This document shows, one piece after another, positions 26,783-35,899 of a DNA stretch of 64,000 bases. Position numbers and translations under genes: made by a program. This DNA comes from Candidatus Woesearchaeota archaeon. Lineage in GTDB: Archaea > Nanobdellota > Nanobdellia > Woesearchaeales > SKIA01. The stretch spans positions 131,890 through 195,889 of the forward strand of contig JBJKRI010000003.1 of the NCBI GenBank assembly GCA_046704725.1, in the 5' to 3' direction. The number at the start of each line of letters is the position of its first letter. Positions within the stretch are counted from its first letter, which is position 1. Under the pieces are notes generated by a model. The model searched no databases, was not told where the DNA came from, and saw nothing but the letters and a program-made list of their open reading frames with translations.

Positions 26783-28945
26783 CTACCAGCCCGGATTCGA
26801 CGTGTACATCTTGAAGTCGTCGATGAACACGCTCGTGTTCACATTGAAGCCACTGTTCGCCCATCCCATGAGGTAGCCGTGGGACTGGTAGTTCGTCTGC
26901 CCCGATGGGTCGTAGTACGGGTCGTTGAGGATCTGGATGACGGGCTGCCCGTTGATCCACATCTCCTCTTCTCCGTTGCTTTGGTTGACGTCGGCGACCT
27001 TGATGTGGATGCGTATCTGCGCCCACTGCCCTCTTGTCACGTCAGCACCGACGAAACCTGCGTGGTTCCCGTAGGTGCCTGTCTGATACGAGCTTGATGT
27101 GTCCGGATACAGGACAGTGTCATAATACCCCTGCGCGGTATTGTTGCCTTCGGTCCGGCCGATGTTCATGAAGTTGTCGCCGTTGGACCCTGTCGGCCAC
27201 GTCTGGAATACCGCGCGCGGCATGCCTTGGTAGTTGTCCGCCCAGATGGTGAAGAACTTATCGTTCCCGGAGCTGGAAGGGACGCGCTGGTAGTACTTGT
27301 TCAGTCCGAGTCCTTCGTTCCCGCTCGGGAAGTAGATGTAGTACTCGAACCAGACCTCCTTGCTCGGCGTGAAGTTGAATCGTTGCTCGTCCGAGGCCTG
27401 CGAGGATAGGTTCGGGTTGTAGTTGTTGTATTCCAGACGAAGGCTTTTTGTTCCCGAATGCGCGAGCAGGCTCGAGACTCGCACGGTCACAACGCTTCCG
27501 AGCCACATGAAGTGCTGGTTCCCGGTTCCCGATACGTATGAACCGACAGCGTCGGACTCGAAGCCGTCGGAATACAGGGGCGTCGCGGCGGATGCGGAGG
27601 CGATGACGAACGATACGGGATAGTCGCTCGCGTCCGCGTTCCCCGACGTGTCTTCGCAGCGTATATAGTACGTGTAGGATTGACCGTCGTTGAGTCCCGA
27701 GACGGTCGTGGAATGCGATGTCCCACCGGTCGAGGAGAAGGTATTCGTCATGCTGCTGTATGCTGTTCCTGCTGCGGTGCTATATTTGCATGTCGCGCTC
27801 TCGTTCGTCGTGACGGTCAGTGTGGTGTTCGTCGTTCCTGCATTGAGCGTCCCTGTGGGCGTTCCGTTGCTAATTACGGGTGGTGTGGTGTCCAGCCATC
27901 CCGGGTCTTGCGTGTAGAACGAAAAGTCGTCGACGTAGATGTTCGTGTTGTTCGCGTACTGGTCGTTCGCCCATCCGAGGAGGTATCCGAGCCGCAGGTA
28001 GTTGTGGCTGCTGTTGAACGCGTCGTACAGCGGGTCTGTCGTGCTCTGGAACAGGAGTTTTCCGTTCTTCCAGAGCCGTACGATCCCGTTGTTCTGCCAC
28101 ATGTCCGCTACCTTGATCTCGATGCGTACTTGTGTCCATTTCCCGAGGTCCTTGTCGTTGGTCACGTTGATGAACGGATTCGCGTTCAGCTGCGTGGGCA
28201 GGTTGGGCGGTCCGTAGTCCATGTGATTGCTGCTCGGGTCGGTCCGCGCGGAGTCGATGCGCGTCCCGCCGGGAACTGACGGACTGCTCCACGTCTGGAA
28301 CATCACTGATGGTTTTCCTCCTGGGACTCCTTCGTTGTAGTTCTCCGGCCAGACCGTCCAGAACTTGTTGTTCGTGTTGCTCCCGCCGTGCTGCGCGGCT
28401 GTTGGTTGCCAGAATGAGGCTCCCAGTCCGTTCTTCCCGTCGGGATAGTAGATGTAGAATTGCACCCAGTAGTGCGTCTCCGCAGGGTGGCTGAAGCGTT
28501 GTTCCGCGTTGGCTCCGCCGTTGTACCTGAATCGGAGGCTTTGCGTCCCTGTGTGCGCGACGGCGTTGGTCACGGTGATGCTGTTCCCGCCCCCTGCCCC
28601 GGCATTGCCCCAGAGCCAGCCGTTGTAGCCCCTTCCGGTGACGGTCTGTCCGACGCTGTAGTTCTCGAAGCTCGTGGTGTAGAGCGGGCTTCCGGTGCTC
28701 GTGTAGGTCTTTCCGAAGTCGTGTGCCACGTCGACGAGGTCGAAGATGTTGACCACGCCGTCGCCGTTCACGTCGGCGTTCCCGATGGTTCCTGCGTGGA
28801 TGTTCTGCACGACAAACAGCAGGTCCTGCACGTTCACCACGCCGTCGTTGTTCAGGTCTCCGAAGCCCGCAGCGACCAATGATGCGCAGAGCGCCATCCC
28901 GAGAATGACCGCACCGAGGATAGTGACTGTGTTTCGCATGACCAT
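26783..28945 (-). CDS. Secreted dockerin-domain protein, paralogue, with two internally duplicated lyase-like domains
   Basis: GDLNNDGVVNVQDL..ADVNGDGVVNIFDL; two copies of AHSGT.SLR..EQRF..YIY.P..NKF..W..NY..FQTW..W.Q.RI.IKVAD..GYL.GWAN..DDF..YT..PGW. Confidence 0.82.
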   Translation of the reverse strand: MVMRNTVTILGAVILGMALCASLVAAGFGDLNNDGVVNVQDLLFVVQNIHAGTIGNADVNGDGVVNIFDLVDVAHDFGKTYTSTGSPLYTTSFENYSVGQTVTGRGYNGWLWGNAGAGGGNSITVTNAVAHTGTQSLRFRYNGGANAEQRFSHPAETHYWVQFYIYYPDGKNGLGASFWQPTAAQHGGSNTNNKFWTVWPENYNEGVPGGKPSVMFQTWSSPSVPGGTRIDSARTDPSSNHMDYGPPNLPTQLNANPFINVTNDKDLGKWTQVRIEIKVADMWQNNGIVRLWKNGKLLFQSTTDPLYDAFNSSHNYLRLGYLLGWANDQYANNTNIYVDDFSFYTQDPGWLDTTPPVISNGTPTGTLNAGTTNTTLTVTTNESATCKYSTAAGTAYSSMTNTFSSTGGTSHSTTVSGLNDGQSYTYYIRCEDTSGNADASDYPVSFVIASASAATPLYSDGFESDAVGSYVSGTGNQHFMWLGSVVTVRVSSLLAHSGTKSLRLEYNNYNPNLSSQASDEQRFNFTPSKEVWFEYYIYFPSGNEGLGLNKYYQRVPSSSGNDKFFTIWADNYQGMPRAVFQTWPTGSNGDNFMNIGRTEGNNTAQGYYDTVLYPDTSSSYQTGTYGNHAGFVGADVTRGQWAQIRIHIKVADVNQSNGEEEMWINGQPVIQILNDPYYDPSGQTNYQSHGYLMGWANSGFNVNTSVFIDDFKMYTSNPGW

Positions 28946-28984
28946 TCCCGGGATTCACTGAATAAAAGCCTATTTGCAGATACA

Positions 28985-29008
28985 TTCGTAATAATATAGT
29001 ATTACGAA
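28985..29008. promoter_or_regulatory. Palindromic operator in divergent promoter
   Basis: TTCGTAATA-N6-TATTACGAA perfect 9-bp inverted repeat. Confidence 0.65.
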
Positions 29009-29045
29009 AGATAATGCTTTACTATGCGACCGATATCCGCACGGT

Positions 29046-29495
29046 ATGCGTTTGCTCAACAATGTGCGCTTCACCGCCCTCAGCAAGGGCCTGACGGAGC
29101 GGCAGGCACTCGAGGCGCGCTTCGTGGAGTGGTTCGGCGAAGAGGCACGACCGCTCTTCGAGGAGCAAGACCTCGCCCAGGAAGGCATGAACACCCTCTA
29201 TGCGAGCAAGCTCTGGATCGACAAGCAGCGATTCCTGCGCTTGTTCGTCGAGCGGCTGCAGGAGTTGCCAGAAGATGTGCGGGTGCGCCTGGTGCGCGAG
29301 ACGACCCAGCGTCTCGATACGCGCCTCCACTACTCGTTCCGCTTCGACAAGAGAGCGTTCCTGGATGGAGAGTTGCGTCTCGCCGACAGGGGGGATGTCA
29401 TCCAGGTGCGTTGCAACCTCGCAGCGCACCCGAAGAACGCGCAGAGCGCCGGAAGGGTCGTCGAAGAGCTGTTCAAGCCCGGCACATTTAAATAG
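29046..29495 (+). CDS. Archaeal RNA-binding domain protein (DUF54/PF01877-like)
   Basis: RLD..L.Y.FRFDK.AF..G..RL..GDVIQV...LAAHP. Confidence 0.65.
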   Translation: MRLLNNVRFTALSKGLTERQALEARFVEWFGEEARPLFEEQDLAQEGMNTLYASKLWIDKQRFLRLFVERLQELPEDVRVRLVRETTQRLDTRLHYSFRFDKRAFLDGELRLADRGDVIQVRCNLAAHPKNAQSAGRVVEELFKPGTFK

Positions 29496-29506
29496 CGCTT
29501 TCGCGG

Positions 29507-29971
29507 GTGCCAGATGAGGTGAGATCCGGCCAAGTCTCGATGGAATTCCTGCTCGTGACAGCGGTAGCCATGTTCATCCTGACGACCTCGGCCTTCTTCC
29601 TGTTCAGCTATACGCGCTCCTCGGAGAACCAGAACGCCTTCCAGCAGGCGGCGCAGGCAGGGTACAACATCGTCGACGAGGCTGCGAACGTCTACGTCTA
29701 TGGAGCGGGCAGCTTCGTGACCGTCACCGCCACCATGCCGCAGAACCTCAAGCGCGTGTACACCGTCGAGAACGACACGCTTATCTTCGTGTTCGGCACC
29801 CAACACGGCGAGGTGGAGGTCCCCGTCTTCAGCACCGTGCCCATCAACGGCTCGTTCGCGGACGGCGCGGTCACCGATGTGAATTCGCCTCCCGTGGACG
29901 TGCATAGCGGGCGGACCTCCTACAAGGTCACCTCCATGGGGAAGTGGATCCTCATCAACCAGACTGGATGA
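29507..29971 (+). CDS. Class III signal-peptide (pilin-like) protein
   Basis: RSG|QVSMEFLL followed by hydrophobic helix; start may be 29519. Confidence 0.8.
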   Translation: MPDEVRSGQVSMEFLLVTAVAMFILTTSAFFLFSYTRSSENQNAFQQAAQAGYNIVDEAANVYVYGAGSFVTVTATMPQNLKRVYTVENDTLIFVFGTQHGEVEVPVFSTVPINGSFADGAVTDVNSPPVDVHSGRTSYKVTSMGKWILINQTG

Positions 29972-30366
29972 GACGCGCGCAATCAGCGATAGAGTTCACG
30001 CTCATCACCACAGCGATGCTGCTCATCTTCTCGGTCGCGATCATCGTTGCGCAGAGCAGCTTCCTCAAGATCGCCAAGGACCAGTCCAACGCGGCCGTCG
30101 AGGCCCTCATGGACCAGGTCGAGACGGAGGTAACGCTCGCCGCCAAGGGAGGCGTCGGCTACTCGCGTACCTTCAGCCTTCCCGAAACAATCTCCGGCGA
30201 TCCCTACTCCATCACCATCGACCAGGTCTCGCCGCCGGGCAGCGACGAGCTCGTCGTGATCGCGCAGGGCAAGGAGCATCTCCGTTTCCTCGCCTATGAC
30301 GTGACCGGAAACGTCAAGAAAGGCAATAATACCATCCAGGGCGGGACGCCCATACGTATAAACTAG
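29968..30366 (+). CDS. Class III signal-peptide (pilin-like) protein
   Basis: MRRA|QSAIEFTLI followed by hydrophobic helix. Confidence 0.8.
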   Translation: MRRAQSAIEFTLITTAMLLIFSVAIIVAQSSFLKIAKDQSNAAVEALMDQVETEVTLAAKGGVGYSRTFSLPETISGDPYSITIDQVSPPGSDELVVIAQGKEHLRFLAYDVTGNVKKGNNTIQGGTPIRIN

Positions 30367-30423
30367 TCATCACCCTCGCATAGGACCAAAGCCTTTAAAA
30401 CGCGCTTTGCGCATGCCCGAACG

Positions 30424-30819
30424 ATGCAGCGCCGCGCGCAATCCTGGTCCACCGACGTCGTCCTCGGAGTCGTCATCTTCGGCTTCGTCGTCGTGGCCTT
30501 CACGAGCTTCGCCCTCCTCCAGAAACCGAGCGTCCAGCAGTTGCAGGGCAACGCCGAACGCGTCATGAACGAGCTGCAGCAATCGCAGGGCGCGCAGCCT
30601 CCCGTGCTCAACAACACGTCGCTCGACAATCAGAGCCTCGCCCAACTGTACGCGTCCGGGAATTACCAAACGATCCGGGACCAGCTCAAGATCAAGGGGA
30701 ACTTCTGCATCTACGTCGAGGACCAGAGCGGTCAGGTCGTCTCTGTCGCGGGCAGGAACGGCTGGGGATCCAACGAGCTCCTGATCGGGGGAAAGCCCTG
30801 TGGCACTCCTCTTAGCTGA
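30424..30819 (+). CDS. Class III signal-peptide-like protein
   Basis: RRA|QSWSTDVVLGVVIF; C-terminal FCIY.ED..G..C. Confidence 0.7.
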   Translation: MQRRAQSWSTDVVLGVVIFGFVVVAFTSFALLQKPSVQQLQGNAERVMNELQQSQGAQPPVLNNTSLDNQSLAQLYASGNYQTIRDQLKIKGNFCIYVEDQSGQVVSVAGRNGWGSNELLIGGKPCGTPLS

Positions 30820-31192
30820 GCTCGCGTCCGCGCTCGGCGCGCCCGCCGGCGCGCTCATCGCGTACCTCGTCCCCGACGAGACGTCGTGGTACCCTTCGTA
30901 TTTCCTGCTCGCCGGCGCTGTCTTCGCGGCTGTCGCCGGCGCGCTCTCGGGCTGGCTGGGGCTCGCTATCGCCGGCGTCCTCATCCTGAGCCTGACCAGG
31001 GCGTGGGTGCCCTTGCTTGCGGCCAGCGCCGGAGTGGTCGCCGTCCTCGGCTCGGTGACGGGTGTGGAGCTTCTCCTCCTCTCGCTCTTGTTCTGCGGGG
31101 GCTATCTCTATAGCCGGGGAGCGCGCCGCTCCCTCTGGTGGCTCGCCTTGATGCCAACGGTTATAATCCTCGCGTCGCTCCTGTCGCTATGA
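30800..31192 (+). CDS. Hypothetical membrane protein
   Basis: Highly hydrophobic, overlaps both flanking genes. Confidence 0.6.
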   Translation: MALLLAELASALGAPAGALIAYLVPDETSWYPSYFLLAGAVFAAVAGALSGWLGLAIAGVLILSLTRAWVPLLAASAGVVAVLGSVTGVELLLLSLLFCGGYLYSRGARRSLWWLALMPTVIILASLLSL

Positions 31193-31893
31193 AGGATACG
31201 AAGGGTGTGCTGTGCGCGCTGCTCTCCAGTGGAAAGGACTCTGTCTACGCCATGCACCGGATGCGCCAGCAAGGCTATAGCATCGCGTGCTGCGGCACCG
31301 TCCACTCCCAGAACCCCGACTCCTACATGTATCACACGCCGCTCACGCACGCCGCAGCGCTCCAAGCAGAAGCCATGGGATTGCCGTGCCTCACGGTGGA
31401 TACGGAAGGGGAGAAGGAGGAGGAGGTCGGCGCGCTGCGGACCCTGCTCATCCGGGCGAAAGACACCTACAACATCGACGGTGTTGTCGGTGGAGCGCTG
31501 TATTCCGAGTACCAGCGATCGCGCATCGCTGACGTCTGCGAGGAGCTCGGGCTCGAGCTGCACGCGCCGCTCTGGCATATGGGCCAGGAAAAAGAGGTGC
31601 GCGAGGTCCTCGCCGCGGGCTTCACCTTCGTGCTCACGAAAGTCGCCGCCGAGGGGCTCGATAAGGGGTGGTTGGGACGGCCCATCACCGAGAAGGATAT
31701 CGACGTTCTCTCTGGAAAGCTCGGTCTCAACGTGGCCGGTGAGGGAGGCGAGTATGAGTCATTGGTGCTCGACGGCCCTGGCTTTCTGAAGCGCTTGGAG
31801 CTGTCGGGCGTGCGTGTGGAGTGTGAGGGCAGCGGCGGTTCCGGCGATGTCTGCCGGCTCTCTGCCGATGTCAGGCTAGTGGACAAGCCCTAG
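31189..31893 (+). CDS. dph6: Diphthine--ammonia ligase (Dph6/MJ0570 family)
   Basis: SSGKDS PP-loop, DSYMYH, GALYSEYQ..R, PLW, GEGGEYES.VLDGP.F. Confidence 0.9.
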   Translation: MKDTKGVLCALLSSGKDSVYAMHRMRQQGYSIACCGTVHSQNPDSYMYHTPLTHAAALQAEAMGLPCLTVDTEGEKEEEVGALRTLLIRAKDTYNIDGVVGGALYSEYQRSRIADVCEELGLELHAPLWHMGQEKEVREVLAAGFTFVLTKVAAEGLDKGWLGRPITEKDIDVLSGKLGLNVAGEGGEYESLVLDGPGFLKRLELSGVRVECEGSGGSGDVCRLSADVRLVDKP

Positions 31894-31930
31894 GTGCAGA
31901 TTTATTAAGGCGAATCATTGGGGGATTGGT

Positions 31931-32305
31931 ATGCGCCTTCAGCCCTCGTTGACGCCTGGCCAAGCGTGGAAACGGTTCTTCCTCGCCGCTGGAGCGATAG
32001 TCATCCTCGGGTTGCTCTGCGCGGCCGCGGGCCTTGCGTCGCCGCTCGCGGTCGTCATCGCCATGGTGGTCGCGCTCGCTACAGCAGCGTTCGCGGTGCG
32101 TTTCGGCTTTCGGCATCGCCAGAGCATCCTGTCGCACCCGTCGCGCACGGGTTACGCGCTCGCGGTCCTCGGCGTGCTCTTGGTCGTCCTCGCGATAACC
32201 GAGTGGATTGTCGGCGAGCACGGCTCGTCCCAGGGTCTCGCGGCTTTCTCCGGTGTTGCTCTTGTCGCCTTCGGATTCACTTACCGGGGAGTGTTGGGGA
32301 ACTGA
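31931..32305 (+). CDS. Hypothetical membrane protein (4 TM)
   Basis: Hydrophobic helices; TTTATTAA box upstream. Confidence 0.6.
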   Translation: MRLQPSLTPGQAWKRFFLAAGAIVILGLLCAAAGLASPLAVVIAMVVALATAAFAVRFGFRHRQSILSHPSRTGYALAVLGVLLVVLAITEWIVGEHGSSQGLAAFSGVALVAFGFTYRGVLGN

Positions 32306-33323
32306 GGGCGTCGATCGCCTCTGTGAGCGTTTTCACGGGGATGATGCGCATGTCCGGATATCGTGACGCGTCCACATCGGCCATGTTCTGCTCGGGCACG
32401 AAGAAGACCTGCACTCCCTTCCTGCTCGCGGCGTATGCCTTCAGGCCGGCGCCGTCCACGGGGACAACAGAACCGTTGGCGAGAAGCGTTCCTGTCCCGC
32501 TTACGGTCCGGTTCCGCGTGAGGTCTGTTCCCGTGAGTCGGCTGTACGCGTCGAGCGCGAGCAGGAGATCCCCGCTGGAGCCGTGGAACGCGCCGAGCGT
32601 GATGCTGATGTTGTCTTTGTTCTTCACGCGCTCATGCAGCGTCCCGCCGACAAGTCCGAGGCTCCCGTTCAGGATGGGGGTGGTCACGTTCAGTAGGTGA
32701 TTGTCGCGCTTGACTTCGAGCGTGACGTTCCCGTTCCGGGGCAGGAGGCGCATCATGACGACCAGCTGGTCAACCGTGTCTGTGGCGATGCCGTCGATGC
32801 CGACGATGATATCCCCTTTCTCAAGACCGATCGCCGAGCTGTTCGGCGTCAGGCCTGCTACGGCGACGCCGTCGCCTTCGAGGGTGTAGCTCTCGTTCGC
32901 TGCGCGCAAGGCGGCGATGAGGGAGATGAGCGTGGAGTGCGCGTCGCTCGCGGATACGTGCTGGCTGTACTGCTCTGCCGAGACGTTCGGCCCGACGACC
33001 TCGTCGAGCGGGCGGATCTGCGCGTTGGGCGTCAGCAAGGCACGGACGAGCATGATCGGATTCGCGTCCACGGTCGGTGTGCTCGGCAACGTGACGCTCC
33101 GCTCGAAGATAGTGACTGGCGTGAGCAGGAATGTTCCGGTGTTCGGGTCGGAGACGTTCGAGGTGACGTACTTGGCGACGGGGACGGGGGTCCCTGGAGC
33201 GATGATGTACAGGTTGGTCGGTATCAGGTATAAGAGCGCGACGATGATGAGTGCGCACGCGATGGCGATTGACGCGCTGCGCGTGGTGAGCTTGCGTTTC
33301 AGGAACGGCTCCTTTCGTGCCAC
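32277..33323 (-). CDS. PDZ-domain Lon-like S16 protease (YlbL family)
   Basis: TM, Y.IAPG, PDZ GLEKGDIIVGIDG, GSSGDLLLAL, GTGTL..G.V.PVDG..LK..AA, FFVP. Confidence 0.85.
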   Translation of the reverse strand: MARKEPFLKRKLTTRSASIAIACALIIVALLYLIPTNLYIIAPGTPVPVAKYVTSNVSDPNTGTFLLTPVTIFERSVTLPSTPTVDANPIMLVRALLTPNAQIRPLDEVVGPNVSAEQYSQHVSASDAHSTLISLIAALRAANESYTLEGDGVAVAGLTPNSSAIGLEKGDIIVGIDGIATDTVDQLVVMMRLLPRNGNVTLEVKRDNHLLNVTTPILNGSLGLVGGTLHERVKNKDNISITLGAFHGSSGDLLLALDAYSRLTGTDLTRNRTVSGTGTLLANGSVVPVDGAGLKAYAASRKGVQVFFVPEQNMADVDASRYPDMRIIPVKTLTEAIDALSSPTLPGK

Positions 33324-33449
33324 AGCGCCGCCACGGCGCGACGCTTTTTATGTGTAATGCACGTCTTTCTGCGTGCTCAGAAGAGCGGGCCTATTTGTTT
33401 CTCCTGCGTGATGGAAACATAGATATATGCCTGTCTTCTTTCGCGCGGC

Positions 33450-34730
33450 ATGGGTAGCAGGATTGCGATAGTCGGTACGGGTGGACGAGAGCAGGCGTTG
33501 GAATGGATTCTCAAACAGAGCTCTTCTGTGGAACGTGTGGGATTGTATAAGACCCCGAATGCGGATTCGTTCACGGAGTTTGCGGACGGTTTGATGCAGG
33601 ATGATATTGATCTTGCGGTTATCGGACCGGAGCAGCCGCTCGTGGGCGGGTTGACAGATGTGCTGCGTACCTATTCCTTGCCGACGTTCGGTCCGCAGCA
33701 GACCGCTGCAGAGCTGGTCGAGGGGAGCAAGATTGCCTCGGCGAATCTGATGGATGATTGTCTGATTCCTCAGGCTCATTGGTTGGTGGCTCGTGATTTA
33801 AATGGTGCTCGCGTCAATGCTGAGCGGCTCGGTTCGGCGCGTGGCGTCGTCTTTAAGGCAAACGGTCTACAAGGAGGTAAGGGTGTTCGCGTCTACGATT
33901 CGATTGATGAGGCGGTGCATGACGCTCCTGACTTCATTGATCGCTTCAGTACCCCGTTCCTTGTTTCTGAACGGATGTCCGGTCCGGAACTCTCATACTT
34001 CGCTATCAGCGACGGGATTAACGTGAGCACGATTCCTGTGCCTGTGCAGGACCACAAACGTTTGCTCGAAGATGACCTTGGTCCGAACACCGGCGGAATG
34101 GGAGCGTATTGTCCTGCTGACGTCACTGGTGATATCTGGGACCGCGACCTATTGACTGCATATGTGGATAAGCATATCATGACGCCGCTGATCTGGGGTT
34201 TGTCCAGGGGTTTGTCCGGAGGTGCGCCGTTCGTCGGGGTGGTGTACGCAGGACTGATGGTCACCCCTGGTGGCGTGAAGGTCGTGGAGTTCAACTGTCG
34301 CTTCGGCGATCCGGAGATCCAGGCGCTCACGCAGCTGCTCGATCCGGACCAGTTCTATCGCTTCATCGACGGTGCCGCGAGAGGAAAGATTCCGAGAGAG
34401 GACTGGATCATAAAATCGGGCGCTGCGATGAATGTCGTGCAGGCTTCGAATAAATACGCGATTCCAGGAGCAGAGGTGCCGAAAGGCCTTCCTATCCATG
34501 GACTGTCCGAAGCTCGCAATATCAAGGGATTGACGGTCTTCCTCCCTGGAGCGAAGCAGGTTGGGGATCAGTGGGTCACGAGCGGCGGGCGAGTGGTCAA
34601 TTGCATCGGCTATAGTCCTCTCGGTCTGAAATCAGCCCAAGATATCGCGTATGCTGGTGTGAGAGCAATCTCCTTCGATGGCGAGCAACATCGTCCGGAC
34701 ATCGGACACCAGATGCTCGGGCGAGCATAG
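33450..34730 (+). CDS. purD: Phosphoribosylamine--glycine ligase
   Basis: GTGGRE, IGPEQPL..G, EGSK, GL.GGKGV, QDHKRL..GPNTGGMGAY, EFNCRFGDPE, TSGGRV, RPDIG. Confidence 0.9.
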   Translation: MGSRIAIVGTGGREQALEWILKQSSSVERVGLYKTPNADSFTEFADGLMQDDIDLAVIGPEQPLVGGLTDVLRTYSLPTFGPQQTAAELVEGSKIASANLMDDCLIPQAHWLVARDLNGARVNAERLGSARGVVFKANGLQGGKGVRVYDSIDEAVHDAPDFIDRFSTPFLVSERMSGPELSYFAISDGINVSTIPVPVQDHKRLLEDDLGPNTGGMGAYCPADVTGDIWDRDLLTAYVDKHIMTPLIWGLSRGLSGGAPFVGVVYAGLMVTPGGVKVVEFNCRFGDPEIQALTQLLDPDQFYRFIDGAARGKIPREDWIIKSGAAMNVVQASNKYAIPGAEVPKGLPIHGLSEARNIKGLTVFLPGAKQVGDQWVTSGGRVVNCIGYSPLGLKSAQDIAYAGVRAISFDGEQHRPDIGHQMLGRA

Positions 34731-34733
34731 GAC

Positions 34734-35288
34734 TCACCTGAGCGCTTCGTCCAAGAGTTCGGGGAATTCTGTCGTCCCCATGTCCCGTTCGGTGTAGTGC
34801 CCGTGCTTCGGCAGCGAGACGACTTTCATGTCGAGGTCGCCCTTGATGATGTCGAGGCTGCGCTTGCCGTGCTCCCGTTCATTGTCCGAGGTGAACGCGA
34901 CGATGCTTCCCACGCGATCGTTGATTCCGGGGTCGATGTCGAACAGGCACAGTTCCCGTTCGGCATCCCGATCAGGGATCTTCCATGGCGCGACGAGGAT
35001 GAGCTTCTTGGCTCGTCGTTTCGTCTCGCCGAGCCAGCGCAAGAGGAACGTGGTGCCGCAGCTGTGTCCGATGAGGACCGTGTCCTCAGTCACTCTCTCC
35101 TCCGGGAATGCTTGCTTGAACCGTTCGTATTCTGGCTTCCATGGCTCGGGCATCAACGGCGCGTATGTCTTCACGCCATGCTTCTCGAGCTCGGCCTTGA
35201 GCCAGGGCATCCAGTGCTTGTCGTAGGTGCGCGTCTTCGGGTCGGTCTCCGGACGGCCCGGGCATCCGTGGACGATGATGCAGTTCAT
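34734..35288 (-). CDS. RBBP9/YdeN-family alpha/beta hydrolase
   Basis: IIVHG..HWMPWL..MPEPW.P..IGHSCG..LILVAP..SDN..GHY..EFPELL. Confidence 0.88.
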   Translation of the reverse strand: MNCIIVHGCPGRPETDPKTRTYDKHWMPWLKAELEKHGVKTYAPLMPEPWKPEYERFKQAFPEERVTEDTVLIGHSCGTTFLLRWLGETKRRAKKLILVAPWKIPDRDAERELCLFDIDPGINDRVGSIVAFTSDNEREHGKRSLDIIKGDLDMKVVSLPKHGHYTERDMGTTEFPELLDEALR

Positions 35289-35329
35289 GGTTGACGCTTC
35301 CGGATTGAATGATAAAAAACCTATTCCCT

Positions 35330-35875
35330 TCAGAGCCTGGTCTCGTCCGACTGCTTGACGCGGGCCTTCTTGGTCATCTTGTTCGTGCTCACGTACGCGA
35401 GCACGTCCACGTCCGGGTCGAACAGTTCGATCATGTCGAGGTCCTTTCGCGGGAACAATCGCGCCCCTTCGAGTTCCTCTCCATCCTGCAGCCGCGCTTT
35501 GAGCTTGTCGTACTCCTCTTGCGGCAAGAAGAAGTCCAGGTCCCCGACGTGATGCCGGTAGGGGTCGGGACGTCGGATGTACAGGTGGGTGTACGTCGTC
35601 TCGGGGATGTCGTCGTGGGCGGGGATGACGATGGGTTCGAGCAGCTCGAAGTATTTCTGGTCGGGATCGTCCGAGGGCACGGTCAATTGCTTGCGTATCT
35701 CAACGAGTTTTTCGTACTCGTCATCATAATGGCAGAAGACGCCCATGTTCCCCGCGTTGGCGAGGTACTTTCCGAAGTTGCGCTTGCAGAGCGCGTGGCA
35801 CTCTAAGTGGATGTGCTCGATCGCTTTGCGCAGCGCCTGCTCGTCGGTGATGGGACTGAACCGGTACAGCCGCAT
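35330..35875 (-). CDS. Hypothetical protein (possible VOC-like fold)
   Basis: 181-aa ORF with host-like codon usage; HLYIRRPDP..HVGDLDF. Confidence 0.65.
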   Translation of the reverse strand: MRLYRFSPITDEQALRKAIEHIHLECHALCKRNFGKYLANAGNMGVFCHYDDEYEKLVEIRKQLTVPSDDPDQKYFELLEPIVIPAHDDIPETTYTHLYIRRPDPYRHHVGDLDFFLPQEEYDKLKARLQDGEELEGARLFPRKDLDMIELFDPDVDVLAYVSTNKMTKKARVKQSDETRL

Positions 35876-35899
35876 GACCGCGCTTTGCTGCCGTGATAC

